DNA from: Macrostomum lignano
Lineage: Eukaryota
Assembly: GCA_002269645.1 (NCBI GenBank)
Contig: NIVC01003552.1
Location: 1 to 49,280, forward strand
DNA length: 49,280 nucleotides
Direction: 5' to 3'
This document shows, piece by piece, positions 24,095-37,213 of the stretch. The position numbers were made by a program, and so were the translations under genes. Under the pieces are notes generated by a model that was not told where the DNA came from, searched no databases, and worked only from the letters and a program-made list of their open reading frames with translations. The stretch's first letter is position 1. Each line of letters starts with the position of its first letter.

Positions 24095-25480
24095 CTGCAG
24101 ATTCCAACAACTCCCCACACAGCTTCTCCAACAGCTACCCCAACAGCTCCTCCACAGCTCCCCCCACTGCTCCACCACAGCTACCGCCTACAGCTCCTCC
24201 AACATCTCCCCCACAGTTTCCCCAACAGCTCCTCCAACAGCCCCCACAGTTTCCCCAACAGCTCCCCCTCACAGCTACCGCCTACAGCTCCTCCAACATC
24301 TCCCCCACAGTTTCCCCAACAGCTCCTCCAACAGCCCCCACAGTTTCCCCAACAGCTCCCCCTCACAGCTCCCGCCTACAGCTCCTCCAACAGCTCCCCC
24401 ACAGTTTCCCCAACAGCTCCTCCAACAGCCCCCACAGCTCCTCCAACAGCTCTTCCACAGTTTCCCCAACAGCTCCTCCAACAGCCCCCACAGCTCCTCC
24501 AACAGCTCTTCCACAGTTTCCCCAACAGCTCCTCCCACAGCCCCCACAGCTCCTCCAACAGCTCCCCCACAGTTTCCCCAACAGCTCCTCCAACAGCCCC
24601 CACAGCTCCTCCAACAGCTCTTCCACAGTTTCCCCAACAGCTCCTCCAACAGCCCCCACAGCTCCTCCAACAGCTCTTCCACAGTTTCCCCAACAGCTCC
24701 TCCCACAGCTCCCACAGCTCCTCCAACAGCTCTTCCACAGTTTCCCCAACAGCTCCTCCAACAGCCCCCACAGCTCCTCCAACAGCTCTTCCACAGTTTC
24801 CCCAACAGCTCCTCCAACAGCTCTTCCACAGTTTCCCCAACAGCTCCCCCCACAGCTCCCCCACAGCTCCCGCCACAGCTCCCGCCACAGCTCCCCCACA
24901 GCTCCCCCTACAGCTCCCCAACAGCTCCCCCACAGTTTCCCCAACAGCTCCTCCAACAGCCCCCACAGTTTCCCCAACAGCTCCTCCAACAGCCCCCACA
25001 GTTTCCCCAACAGCTCCTCCAACAGCCCCCACAGTTTCCCCAACAGCTCCCCCCACAGCTCCCCCACAGCTCCCCACAGCTCCCCCACTGCTCCCCCACA
25101 GCTCTCCCCACAGCTCCCCCACTGCTCCCCCACAGCTCCCCACAGCTCCCCACAGCTCCCGCCACATCTCCCCACGCAGCTCCCCCATAGCTCCCTCCAC
25201 AGCTCCCAACACAGCTCCTCCACAGCTCTCCCCACAGCTCCCCCAAGCTCCCCCCACAGCTCCTACAACAGCTCCCCCATAGCTCCCTCCATAGCTCCCA
25301 ACACAGCTCCTCCACAGCTCTCCCCACAGCTCCCCCACAGCTCCCCCCACAGCTCCTACAACAGCTCCCCACGCAGCTCCCCCATAGCTCCCTCCACAGC
25401 TCCCCACACAGCTCCTCCACAGCTCTTTCAACAGCTTCCCCGCAGCTACCCCCACAGCTCCCCTAACAGCTCCTATAGCT
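24095..25480. repeat. C-rich compound minisatellite built from cacagctcccc / caacagctcct units, ~1.4 kb
   Basis: Direct; gives spurious TAPP / GGAVG / LLEEL ORFs on both strands. Confidence 0.93.
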
Positions 25481-25976
25481 ACTGCATACTCGGTCAACTT
25501 AATTCCGGTTCGCTTCACACCGCCTCATAAAAAACTTCTCAGTGCAGATCGACTGTCCAAGGCTTTGCGTGCTGCCACCGAAATATAATTTGTCACGTGG
25601 CGGCACATAGGTGCACATGCATACAATTGTTTGGCTGATTGCTCAAGTTTTCTACAATTTCCTTTTTAAACTATTGAGCTGTGTATGAAGCATTTAAAAA
25701 CTGATTTGTGTGTGTGGGTAGTGACTCATGCCCGGCTGTGACCTGGCCGAATTAATACGCGGCACTAAATATTATTAGTACATGTGTTGTGTGCAATGAA
25801 CCGCTGCATCAGCGGGGTACATATGTATTGACAGGGGGGTGATAAAGTGAGCGCCACCCGCCCCCTTAAATGAACGAGCGAGCTTCAGAGAGTCTCGATG
25901 GAGAGTACATTTGTACATATGTACCAAAAGACGACTAAATTGTATACTTTACATATGTAATACATAGATATGTGAC

Positions 25977-26013
25977 CAAGGACTTCTAAGACTAACTAGT
26001 CTAGAAGTCCTTG
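25977..26013. mobile_element. 37-bp hAT-like mini element or deletion remnant
   Basis: caaggacttcta-agactaactagtc-tagaagtccttg: perfect 12-bp TIRs flanked by the perfect 8-bp direct repeat tatgtgac (25969-25976, 26014-26021). Confidence 0.65.
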
Positions 26014-28374
26014 TATGTGACGTTCATGTACGATACATCGATGAAGAGGTAGAATACGCAAATTCTTACCCAATCTTCATCAATACTCAGAAATAGGATC
26101 TATAAACGTGTATACCTATTCCAATATACAGCCGCAAATATGTACTAACATTTAAATGACGTTCAGCCGACCTAAGACGTCGTTATCCGTCCATGTAATG
26201 TAAAAGTACATATACTTGCAGCGGAATCGATAGACGTCGAAAACGGTCGGCCGATATCATCGCACGTATGTAGGATTGCTGCGGGGTTATTATATACATG
26301 TAATTGTTCCCCATTCAAATTTACGTCTTGTTGTGATAATAATCAATGCAATTAACGTATTGTCAAATTTAGGGTTGTGTTTTGAAAAGACAGGAAAAAA
26401 GCTAAAAACCTAAAAATCATACCCTAACGATGCGTACAGCTATATTAAAATAAAGTTCATTCTGTTTGAGTTGTCTAATATTCAACAGCTAACAAGTTAA
26501 GTTGTTACGAAGTTAACTTTACGAAGTTAACAACGCCATAAAATGTTTTTTTAACTTTAATTTTTGTTTTAAAAAAATTCCTAATCTTCTTTATGAAAAC
26601 TTATACAAAAATTAGATATTTGTTTTTGACTTTATAAAGCACTTGTTTTACTAATTTATTGGCATCGGTCAGGCGTTACGCATTTTTGAAAGTTCGTTAG
26701 ATTCATATTTATCCTGACTCATGCCTGCTCATCCTTAACTCTTAATGATATTTTCCGTAGCATACGCCAAACAGCACAAGTTATCAAAATCAGCAGATTG
26801 CAAACCCAGTTTATGACTCAATGGAGTGTCCTGTTACATACTTTTCATACCAGATATCGACATTCTAAATAAAATTATAATTACTGAAAGTGAAACTCAA
26901 TAGCAAAAAACCAAAAGCAAAAGGTATGTTAATGTACTAACCAGCCCCACCACGTTTTCGACCAATAAATGTTACCATGGCATAATTACAACGTCCATAT
27001 AGTTAACTGTCAGATGAAAGTTATAGGCCTATTGTTTTTATTTAGGCATAGGTCATAGTCTAATTTTAAAGAGATACTATTCTGTAACAGTAACTATAAT
27101 ACATAATAATACAATTTTATGTGTACTGTATTGGCAGCTAAAATATTTGTTAGGGCCTATAGTAAAACTTATAGGCCTAATTCAGTCCCTATATCAGCAT
27201 AAATTAAGGCCTGATATGCAATTCATGCTGTAGTGGCAAAGGAAGAATTTTATTTAAGATTTTAGTTTTAGGTTTATAGATTGGAGACCTAGAATTAAGA
27301 ATTTCATATTATTTTCTAGAAGCAAAATTGCTTTAAAAATGATGCTAATACAATAACACAAAAAAATTAGTACTTTTTATATTAGTCTTTGCTAATAATT
27401 TCTATTAAAAAACTATTTTTCATACAATTTTTTATAGAGTAGGCCCCCCTAGACCCTACTGTAGCCATGTTGCAGATTGTGTAATAATGTATGCCAGAAC
27501 AAGAATCCTAGCTCATCTAAATATATGCCAGTTTTCACTAAAAACAAAAAATTCTCTAAAATATATGCCAAAAAATTTCTTTTCATCATTTAGGTGTCAG
27601 GTCATTTAGTTTTCACAAATAGAGTTTTCTATCTAGGAAAGGCTTTTGTACAAAAAGTCTTTTTAAAATAGTACAAACATTTTCATTTTAAACAAACTTA
27701 AATTATACCTACAGTAATAATGATGCAAAATTGATGCTCTTAGCAATAATTTATACTACTTCAATTTATTATTAATTTAAAATTAACAAAAGGAGCAAAA
27801 GAAGCAAAAGGTTTATCACTGACTTTCTTATAGTCAATAGGCTATATCTGAATGACCTTTAAAGGGAGACCCTGAATTATATCCATAAGAGTATATTTAT
27901 AGATAGCTGTTTTAGTAGTATGTTTTGGCAACATTTTTCTAGCTTATGTATTAATAGTATTATCTTTTTTAATATTAAAATACTAAATATAGTCTGCCTT
28001 TGTGTGTAATAATGTGGCAATTGAACTTTAACAAACAAATTAGTTGCCAATATATGTTAAATTTATTCTTTTATCTGTTTTATATTTTAGATCCTGAAAA
28101 TCAAATTGAAGTGAAAAAAAATGTTCTAATATTTTTATTGATAGAAAAACTTAACATGTTGGAAATTGTGTCTGACAAAGTCTTAGTAAATATTAGCAAC
28201 TATTGTCATTAGCAAAGAAGATAAATTAACTTAGAAACCTAATAAATAGCTTTGGCATCTATCTAAATATCAATATTTTTGAATGGAGAAAAAAAGAATA
28301 GAAATAGCTTATTTATACATATAAATATAAGTGCTTGCGTTGATCTTAATACAAGAGATATTGTAAGATCTATT

Positions 28375-28650
28375 AAGATTTAGGTAGCATCAAATTTGGT
28401 TTAGGTAGCATCAAATTTGGTTTAGGTAGCATCTAGTTGGAATTAGGTAGTATCTAGTTAGATTTAGGTAGTATTGTATGTAGTTAGATTTATGTAGTAT
28501 CTAGTTACATTTAGGTAGTATCTAGTTAGATTTAGGTAGTATCTAGTTATATTAAGGCAGAATCTGGTTAGATTTTGGTAGCATCTGAATAGATTTTGGT
28601 AGCATCTGGTAGCATCTGGTTAGATTTAGGTAGAATTTGGTTTGATTTAG
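28375..28650. repeat. Minisatellite, ~21-bp unit (atttaggtagtatctagttag)
   Basis: Degenerate tandem copies upstream of the first OTUD7 coding exon. Confidence 0.85.
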
Positions 28651-28837
28651 GCCGGAGTTCACTCTACACTATCCCTATAGATTTTTGTAGTTTTCCAGCA
28701 GATAGACTCCCAAGTCCCAATGTACTTTGTCTCGATGTATTCGACTAGCGGAATGGGCGACGCTCGCCTCCCCGCTGCGTCTTCGGACCGCCCTGCAGCT
28801 AAGATGTACTCGACCCTCCTCCTCGCAGGCCTATCCA

Positions 28838-31800
28838 ATGTCAGCCACAGTCGGTGCACTGCAGCCGCAGCCGCGCCCTCGCCAGGTGCGCCCTCACCGC
28901 GGCTTCAGCAGCTGCGCGCTAGACGATTCTTCGCCAACAACTTCGGCTGCTGTCGCGTCGCAACCGACCAAATCCTCCTCGGCCGCCGCTTCCGCTACTG
29001 CGACAAACGCTGCCACCAGCGCCGCTTGCTCCTCCTCGATGCCGAAACCAACCGGCGGTCGGCTCCTGCCGGCAACGCTGTCTTGCGTTGTGGGCGGCGA
29101 CGGTGGCGGCAGCAGTGGCAAAAGCGCCGCCAGATTTGTTGTCGGTGCGCCAGGACGGCTGCTGCTGAGCCGACGTAGGAAAAACGGCAAATTCGCTACC
29201 CAGCAGCAGGGCTCGGCTGCCGCTGCCGCCTCTTCGCTGTCCTGCCGCTGTCCGTTCACCTTTGTACTGCCAGATCTCAGTCGGCAGCCTGAAGGCTTTC
29301 GCCAATTCATCGAAGCCGACCTGCTGGATCCCAATGCTCTCGCCAGCCTGGAGGCGGCCGGCTGCTTGAACTGGTGGCACCGGGACGGCCTGGCCAGCCG
29401 CTTATGGCCCCTGGCAACTAGCGGCGATGGCAACTGTCTGCTGCACGCTATCAGTCTATGTGAGTTGAGTGTCCGAGTCTGGGACATTGGATGAAGTGTC
29501 CGAGTCTGGGACATTGGATGAGTGTCCGAGTCTGGGAACTTGGATGAGTGTCCGAGTCTGGGACATTGGATGAGTGTCCGAGTCTGGGACATTGGATGAA
29601 GTGTCCGAGTCTGGGACATTGGATGAGTGTCCGAGTCTGGGACATTGGATGAGTGTCCGAGTCTGGGAACTTGGATGAGTGTCCGAGTCTGAGACATTGG
29701 ATAAGTGTCCGAGTCTGGGACATTGGATGAGTGTCCGAGTCTGGGACATTGGATGAGTGTCCGAGTCTGAGACATTGGATAAGTGTCCGAGTCTGGGACA
29801 TTGGATGAGTGTCCGATTCTGGTTAGATTGCGAGTCTGGGTCATTGGATGAGTGTCCGATTCTGGGACATTGGATAAGTGTCCGTGTCTAGGACATTGGA
29901 TGAGTGTCCGTGTCTGGGACATTGGATGAGTGTCCGAGTCTGGTTAGATTGCGAGTCTGGGACTGCGAGTCTGGGACATTGGATGAGTGTCCGATTCTGG
30001 GACATTGGATAAGTGTCCGTGTCTGGGACATTGGATGAGTGTCCGAGTCTGGGAAATTGGATGAGTGTCCGAGTCTGGGTGAGTTGATTGTCCGAGTCTG
30101 GGACACGGGATATGTGTCCGAGTCTGGGACACGGGATATGTGTCCGAGTCTGGGTGAGTTGAGTGTCCGAGTTTGGGTGAGTTGAGTGTCCGAGTCTGGG
30201 TGAGTTGATATCCGAGTCTGGGTGAGTTGATTTTCCGAGTCTGGGTGAGTTGATATCCGAGTCTGGGTGAGTTGATTTTCCGAGTCTGGGTGAGTTGAAT
30301 GTCCGAATTTAGTTGAGAAAGTGTCCGAGTCGGGGTGAGCTGAGTTGAGCGTCCAAGTCTTGGACTCTGAGTGCGTGTCCGAGTCTGAAAATCCGAGGTA
30401 GAAAATTTATTGTTGGAGTCTGGATAAGTAAGCGTCCTGTTTGGATTTAGCTGTCTAAATAAACAAAGTATTTCAAAATGTTTTTTCAGGATCAATAGAA
30501 ATTTAAAGTGCTCAGTTTAAAAAATACATTGTTTATATTTTACTTCAATAATTTTTCCATACCATGCTGCATGTTACTAAGCGCTTTATTATCGTTACGT
30601 TCAATTTTTAATGGCAGCCTCGCTCGTATCCATGTTTCATATTGCGCATGAAATAATTCGAGTGCGGGGTTCGAGTGGTAACTGTTTTTTGTTATAAACT
30701 TATATTGTAGCCTAGCCGCTTTTAGTGCTATTAGAAATTCGCTTTCTTAGTCGCCTACTTACAGTAGCAATATTTGCGCCTGCCCGCACTGCAGGCATGT
30801 ACGGCGCGCACGACCGCCAGCTGACTCTGCGCGCCGCCCTGCACCGCTATCTGCGCCGGCGCAGCGCCGCTCTCTACAGGCGATGGCGCTGGCAGACTCA
30901 CGCCGAGCTGACTCGAACCACCGGACTCCGGCTGAGCGACTCCGAGTGGCGGGCTGAATGGAAATCCCTGCTGCAGCTGGCCAGGTGGGAACTTTGTGAC
31001 ACTTGTTGTTGGGTCTCAGGCTTAAATGCCAGCCTCCCAGATCTTCAGGCTTAGATGCCAGCCTCCCAGAGTGTCAGTTGCTGGGCCAGCCTCCCAGATC
31101 CTCGGTTGCTGGGTCAGTCTCCCAGATCCTCGGTTGCTGGGCCAGCCTCCCAGATCCTCAGTTGCTGGGCCAGCCTCCCAGATCCTCAGTTGCTGGGCCA
31201 GCCTCCCAGATCCTCAGTTGCTAGGCCAGCCTCCCAGAGTGTCAGTTGCTGGGCCAGCCTCCCAGAGTGTCAGTTGCTGGGCCAGCCTCCCAGAGTGTCA
31301 GTTGCTGGGCCAGCCTCCCAGAGTGTCAGTTGCTGGGCCAGCCTCCCAGAGTGTCAGTTGCTGGGCCAGCCTCCCAGAGTGTCAGTTGCTGGGCCAGCCT
31401 CCCAGAGTGTCAGTTGCTGGGCCAGCCTCCCAGAGTGTCAGTTGCTGGGCCAGCCTCCCAGAGTGTCAGTTGCTGGGCCAGCCTCCCAGAGTGTCAGTTG
31501 CTGGGCCAGCCTCCCAGAGTGTCAGTTGCTGGGCTAGCCTCCCAGATTCGCAGTTGCTTGATCTTAGAATTTCATACTTGATAACCACCTAGCAACCACA
31601 ATCACTATCCGTTGCTGAGTACACCGATCCTATTGTAACTCACCATCGCAGAGCGGCTCCCAAGTCGACCCCGACAGCCCCTGGCGACCGGCATACGTAC
31701 AGCAGCCTGGAGGAGATCCACGTATTCGTAGCCGCCAACGTCATTCGCCGGCCAATCGTGGTGGTGGCGGACGCCTACGTGAAGGCCGCCGACGGTGGCA

Positions 31801-33836
31801 ACCTGGCGCCGAACCCGTTCGCCGGGCTGTACCTGCCGCTGCTGGAACGCCCAGAGACCTGCTGCCCCTACCCTGTGCTGCTGGCTTTCCACAGTGCACA
31901 TTTCTCCGCCCTGCTGCCTATGGAAGCCTCAACAGCGTCCAGCGATGCCTACCTGCCCAGCGCTGTCCCGCTGGTGACGCCACCACCAGCCTGCGCCAGC
32001 CTGCCGGTGCATTTCGCCTTCGATCCCGGCTCCGGCTTCAAATGGAGCCGAGCCTCGACTGTCGGCGATCTAGCCGCCGATGGCAACGATGCCAACAGGG
32101 CTACTACTGATAGTAGTACGGCTGCACTGCTGGCCGAGTATCTGCACTGCTGCAGGCTGCCGTTGGCTCGGCCAGACTGCGACAGCGGCGGCGAGGACAT
32201 GCCGCCGGCCTATGCAACCGCGACTTTCGCTGGACACGGCAACGGCGGCGACATCGGCGGAGTTGGCGGCAGCAACAATCGGAAGGTAAAATCGATTTTT
32301 GTGATTTTTGTACTGCAAGCAATGGTTGAGTGCTTGCTGAGGATGTTGAACTGGTCTGCAAATGGTCTTTCTCTTTTCGCCTCTCCTGTCTACCCCTCTC
32401 CTCCTCTCTCCTCTCTTCCCCTCTTTTCCCCCCTCTCCTCCTCTCTCCTCTCTTCCCCTCTCTTCCCCTCTTTACCCTCTCTTCCTCTCTCTTCCCCTCT
32501 TTACCCTCTCTTCCTCTGTCTTCCCCTCTCTTCACCTCTTTACCCTCTCTTCCCCTCTCTTCCCCTCTTTACCCTCTCTTCTCCTCTTTACCCTCTCTTC
32601 CTCTCTCTTCCCCTCTCTTCACCTCTTTACCCTCTCTTCCCCTCTCTTCCCCTCTCTTCCTCTCTCTTCCTCTATCTTCCCCTCACTTCCCCTCTCTTCC
32701 TCTCTCTTCCCCTATTTACCCTCTCTTCCTCTATCTTCCCCTCTCTTCACCTCTCTTCCCCTCTCTTCCTCTCTCTTCCTCTCTCTTCCCCTTTCTTCCC
32801 CTCTTTACCCTCTCTTCCTCTATCTTCCTCTCTCTTCCCCTCTCTTCACCTCTCTTCACCTCTCTTCCTCTCTCTTCCCCTCTCTTCCTCTCTCTTCCCC
32901 TCTCTTCCCCTCTTTACCCTCTCTTCCCCTCTCTTCCCCTCTTTACCCTCTCTTCCTCTCTCTTCCCCTCTCTTCCTCTCTCTTCACCTCTCTTCACCTT
33001 TCTTCCCCTCTCTTCCCCTCTCTTCCCCTCTCTTCCCCTCTCTTCCTCTCTCTTCCCCTCTCTTCCTCTCTCTTCCTCTCTTTAACCCTCTCTTACCCTC
33101 TTTTTCCCTCTCTCCTCTCTCCATTTTCCCCTCCCTTTCCATTTCCTTCCCCCCTCTTCTCTCTTTCCCTCTCTTCCTCTCTCTTCTACTCTCTTCCTTT
33201 CTTCTTCCCCTCTCTTCTCCCCCCTTTCTGTTCAACCTCCCTTTCCCCTCTCTTTACTCTCTCTTCCCCTTTCACCTTTTCGCTTTCCCATCTCTACATT
33301 TCTAATTTCTTTTTATTGTACCTTCACAAAGCATTTACACTCGCCATCTCTAATGATCTGGTATATTCGATCTCGCCTACGCCCTTGCCAATATCCAGGT
33401 CGAGACAATGTCCCGCAGCTTCGGTCGGCAAGTCCGACACGCTCTGCAGATTCGTCGCGGTCATTCGTTTCACAATGCGCCGCCGCCGACGCCGCCCAAT
33501 GCTGCTTTGATACAGCAGCAGCAAGCTGAAAGCAACAGAGATAGCCAGCAGAATCTGGAGTCTGAACGAACGTCAGACGAACATGAGTCTGCGGCTGCTG
33601 CTTCTGCCCCGCTTGCGTCGGTTCTGTGCGCCAGAATTGGGTTGGCCGCTAGGCCGCCAAAATTCACCGAGGTGGTGACTGGCTATCTGGTCCGGGCAAT
33701 GGCCACGTACCAGCAGCAGCAGAAGCAACAGCAGCAGCAGTCCTCTGATCGACAGTCTTCAGCCACTGACGTGCCGGAGCAGCCAGAGACCACCGGCTCT
33801 TTGCCAGCCTCTGACCAGACTCAGAGCAGCGATTAA
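28838..33836 (+). CDS. OTUD7: OTUD7/Cezanne (A20-family) OTU deubiquitinase
   Basis: Phase-consistent exons 28838-29459, 30795-30984, 31652-32285, 33450-33836. Motifs [61 protein letters not shown] (catalytic Cys); EWRAEWKSLLQLA; YSSLEEIHVFVAANVIRRPIVVVAD; PFAGLYLPL; FHSAHFSALL (catalytic His). The start is uncertain: the frame is open from 28706 and the first in-frame ATG is 28838. Confidence 0.88.
29462..30385. repeat. Intronic minisatellite, 26-bp unit (tgagtgtccgagtctgggacattgga) grading into ~23-bp units containing gtgagt
   Basis: Starts at the donor site of OTUD7 intron 1. Confidence 0.93.
31027..31545. repeat. Intronic minisatellite, 28-bp unit (cagcctcccagagtgtcagttgctgggc), ~18 copies
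   Basis: Direct; OTUD7 intron 2. Confidence 0.95.
32350..33300. repeat. Polypyrimidine low-complexity array (ccctctcttc-type units), ~950 bp
   Basis: Direct; OTUD7 intron 3; source of the spurious PLSSPL ORFs. Confidence 0.93.
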
Positions 33837-34989
33837 TATTTAAAAACTTATTTTTCGGTTAAACAAAGTTTTTTTGCAAATCAAAAATTCGAAAACAAAC
33901 ATTTTATGTTTCTTTATCATTGCTTGGTCTTGTAGATTTATTTAGACTGAATATACTAAGCTCTGTCTCTACAGTGTCATTAAAAATATGATTTATTATT
34001 TAGAAATTTCCCTTTTTTCAGTTTTAGTGAGTTCAGTATTTTCATTCACGCTTTATTAGACTTGTAATTGAAATGTAAGCCTCGACGAAATAGTAATTTT
34101 TGGGGTTTTTATATTCTCATTAATGTACAAACGTGAGGGCTCGTACATATTACTAACAGTAGTTTTGCTAAGAAACAATTTAAGATTATTGGTACTAAAA
34201 ATTTTTTAAATCCCTAATTTTTCCTTCAATTAATTTCGGTCAGCTAATACTTTTTAGGCCAATAACTGTGTTTAGAAAAAACTTCAAAATTTGGAGAGTT
34301 TTCGCCGATATGTATAGAAAAACTATATTTAGATTAGGACGATTCTTAGGCTAAATGCCTATGTTCCTTTCTGTTAATTAGCAGCATGCTAAAAGTACCT
34401 TTTCATTCAGGTAATTCTTCTTCCTTGTGTTCTTTTCGCGATTGATTTTCGCCTTTTTTGCTAAATGTAATAAGTAGTATAAGTAGTAATATGGAGGCAC
34501 AGCTATATGTGCTAATTATTTATTCAGTAAAATTCAACTGTATTTTTCTTTTATTTGCTTTTCCTAGTTAATTACCGTGTTTATTAAGTAAATGTTTTAT
34601 TAATAATGATGATTCGTAAATTTAAATTTCTACCTTACTATAGCAGCGACAATATAATATTTATACATTTAATGCTACATCAGCTGTCTCTATGTAGGTT
34701 CTTTCTGCTTTTCTCTCTATCTTGTGCAAATTTGCGTCACCATTCCGTTATTTTCTAAATTTGAATACTATTTTTTAGAAGCAAACCTCAACATCGTACA
34801 ATGCTCAATTTGTGCTTTTGTTAAAATTATTTAGCTTGATAAGTTATTATAGAAGTGGCGACTGTGTAGTTGCCTGGTTAAAAACCTATCGATTTAATAG
34901 TATGCCTGATCTTATCGTTTAATTATGCATATAGCGCGTCTAATTCGGTCTGTGTACATCAATTGAACTTTCCTATCTAATCTTCCTAC

Positions 34990-35260
34990 GCCCATCCCAG
35001 CCAACTGGCAATGTACGCTGTCCTATTAAATTCAAAATCAGCTGAATCTATATCGATTTGCTTTCAATAGCAGTCCACTGGGAATGTACATGCCTTATCT
35101 ATTTTTAAATCGGCTAGATTGCTATCTACGCTCGTATATCGACTTCCTTTCTATCCCTAGTCCACTGGGCATGTACATACCCGTATCTATTTTTAGATTA
35201 GCTGGATTGCCTATCTATATTGACCTCAGAACAGGTCTGTGATATTGACTTCCTTTCTAC
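34990..35260. repeat. Degenerate ~70-90-bp tandem repeat, about 3 copies (agtccactggg(a/c)atgtaca...tatctatttt)
   Basis: Motif recurs near 35001, 35072 and 35159. Confidence 0.5.
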
Positions 35261-37213
35261 CCCCAGTCATTAAATAGACTTAAACTTCTTACCCCCCACC
35301 CCCAAAACCCAGCACTCTGTCCAAGACAACTGGAGATAGATGTATGTAATCTAAACAACCAGCCTCAAACCCTTATCCAAAATCAAGCAGCACTATTATA
35401 TAGAGGTTTAGATTTTAAGAAAACGCTCACCCAATTTTGTTTCTATAATCAGACTAAATCAGGCAGGTAAAAAACTCCACCGCAAGTGCAATAGAAGCGT
35501 CTTGTTAAATATTTGTCTCAACCAGTTACTCGTAATTTTTTTCCAAAAAACTGCCTTCACCTGTGTTTTAAAATTTTCGCAATAACTCGTTTATTTTTGT
35601 CATTGGAAAGATTGCAGCTTCGTTTTGTTAAAAAAGCATATTTTATTTTTGTTTAAATTAGTTCTTTTTGCTTGTATGACTTGTTTGCCTACACTTAGAA
35701 GTTTACATTACGATGCCTGTGATTATATTATTCCGTAGCACAATTATCGACTAATTACTTGTCTATAGAACTACTAATAGTAAAATGTTTCGCTATTAAC
35801 AACTTATCAAGGTCTTACTCTTAGTAATAGCTAATAGCTGCTATAGCTAAACTCTATGAACGAAAAAAGTAAAATTCTGTTTACCAATTACAGAATAAAT
35901 TTTGCGTCATAAATTCTGCTACCCTATTCTTCATAGTCTCTCTTCTATAGTTCGAAGAGAGAATATTAATTGCTATTTTCAAAATGCCACAGTTTTCAGA
36001 CAATATATCTAATAATGGATATAGGCGTTATTTTTTATCCTAATTGAAGAATTTATTTAAATACACGAGCTATAATAAACTAGCAAGTTGCAAGTAGAAG
36101 TTTTAAATTTGAAATTTGAGCTTTTGCGTCTTTTTTCAATTCTAATTGTGAGCTTTAATGTGAATTTACAGTTTATTGGTACATGCATTGTAGCTTCTTA
36201 AATTCTAAAAATATTTTTAACATTTTACAAATTGATTAAAGTGAATTTTGTCGGCGATTGCGTAAAAAATGAACAAAGACCATAATAATAAAACAAATTA
36301 AGTATGTTTATTTGCTCGCAGCTGAATAAAATTTATTAATTAAACGCACTGGTGAAGTGAATTGCAATTTTCTACACAAATTATATTACAGAAAATTTTA
36401 AATTTTAAATAAATATACTATTGAAATGTTTTATATTTTAATTGCCACATCTAGCTCTAATAGTTACAATTAAATGAAGCATATTAAAAAAAGAGCTTTA
36501 ACCAAGTAACTAATGCTGCTAGTTGATAAAGTATGAAGGACGATACACTTACTAAATGAATAGTAGAATTTTACCGTACCAGGCACAGCCGTGAAATGAA
36601 AAGCTGCATATTGTGATAACAAGTAAGTCTATGTATTGGCTTTGAAATATCAACTGGCATATTGCAGGTTGTATTGCCCAAGTAATATAAACCAATTAAT
36701 GCAAACTAATTATGATTGCTATTACTATCAGAAATATATATTATAAAAGGCACGTTTAATAAATAATGAAAACAATAAGAATTGTGAATTGCACGAATCA
36801 TACTAATAGAGCTATTGGGAATATAAGTAGGCTGTTATTTTTTGGGGAAACAAATGTTTATAATAATAAAAAATACATTTGTTATTAAATATATTAGAAT
36901 GAGTCCATCTTAATTTGAGCTGATTTTAATAAACAATTTGCACTGGATTATGGAAATAGAAAACTCTTCATATTATTTATAATGAAAAAGTGAGCAATAT
37001 GATTTGCACAACAGCTAGGCATACTACTATCTACGATTTAGTAGAAGAAGTAGTACATCAGCTCAAAAAGCTCAAAGATCAAAGGAAATACAGTGATGAT
37101 GCAGATTATAGATTTATGTGATGCAAATAGAGATTTCTACTTTTTAAAGAATAACTGACGTTAACCAAGGACTTCTTGTTTCATAGTTCTGGAATAGAGA
37201 TCCTATTCCACTC

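Noticed and set aside
37166-37176. caaggacttct, matching the TIR of the 37-bp element
   Set aside because: No partner inverted end or TSD nearby; may be chance or a remnant.
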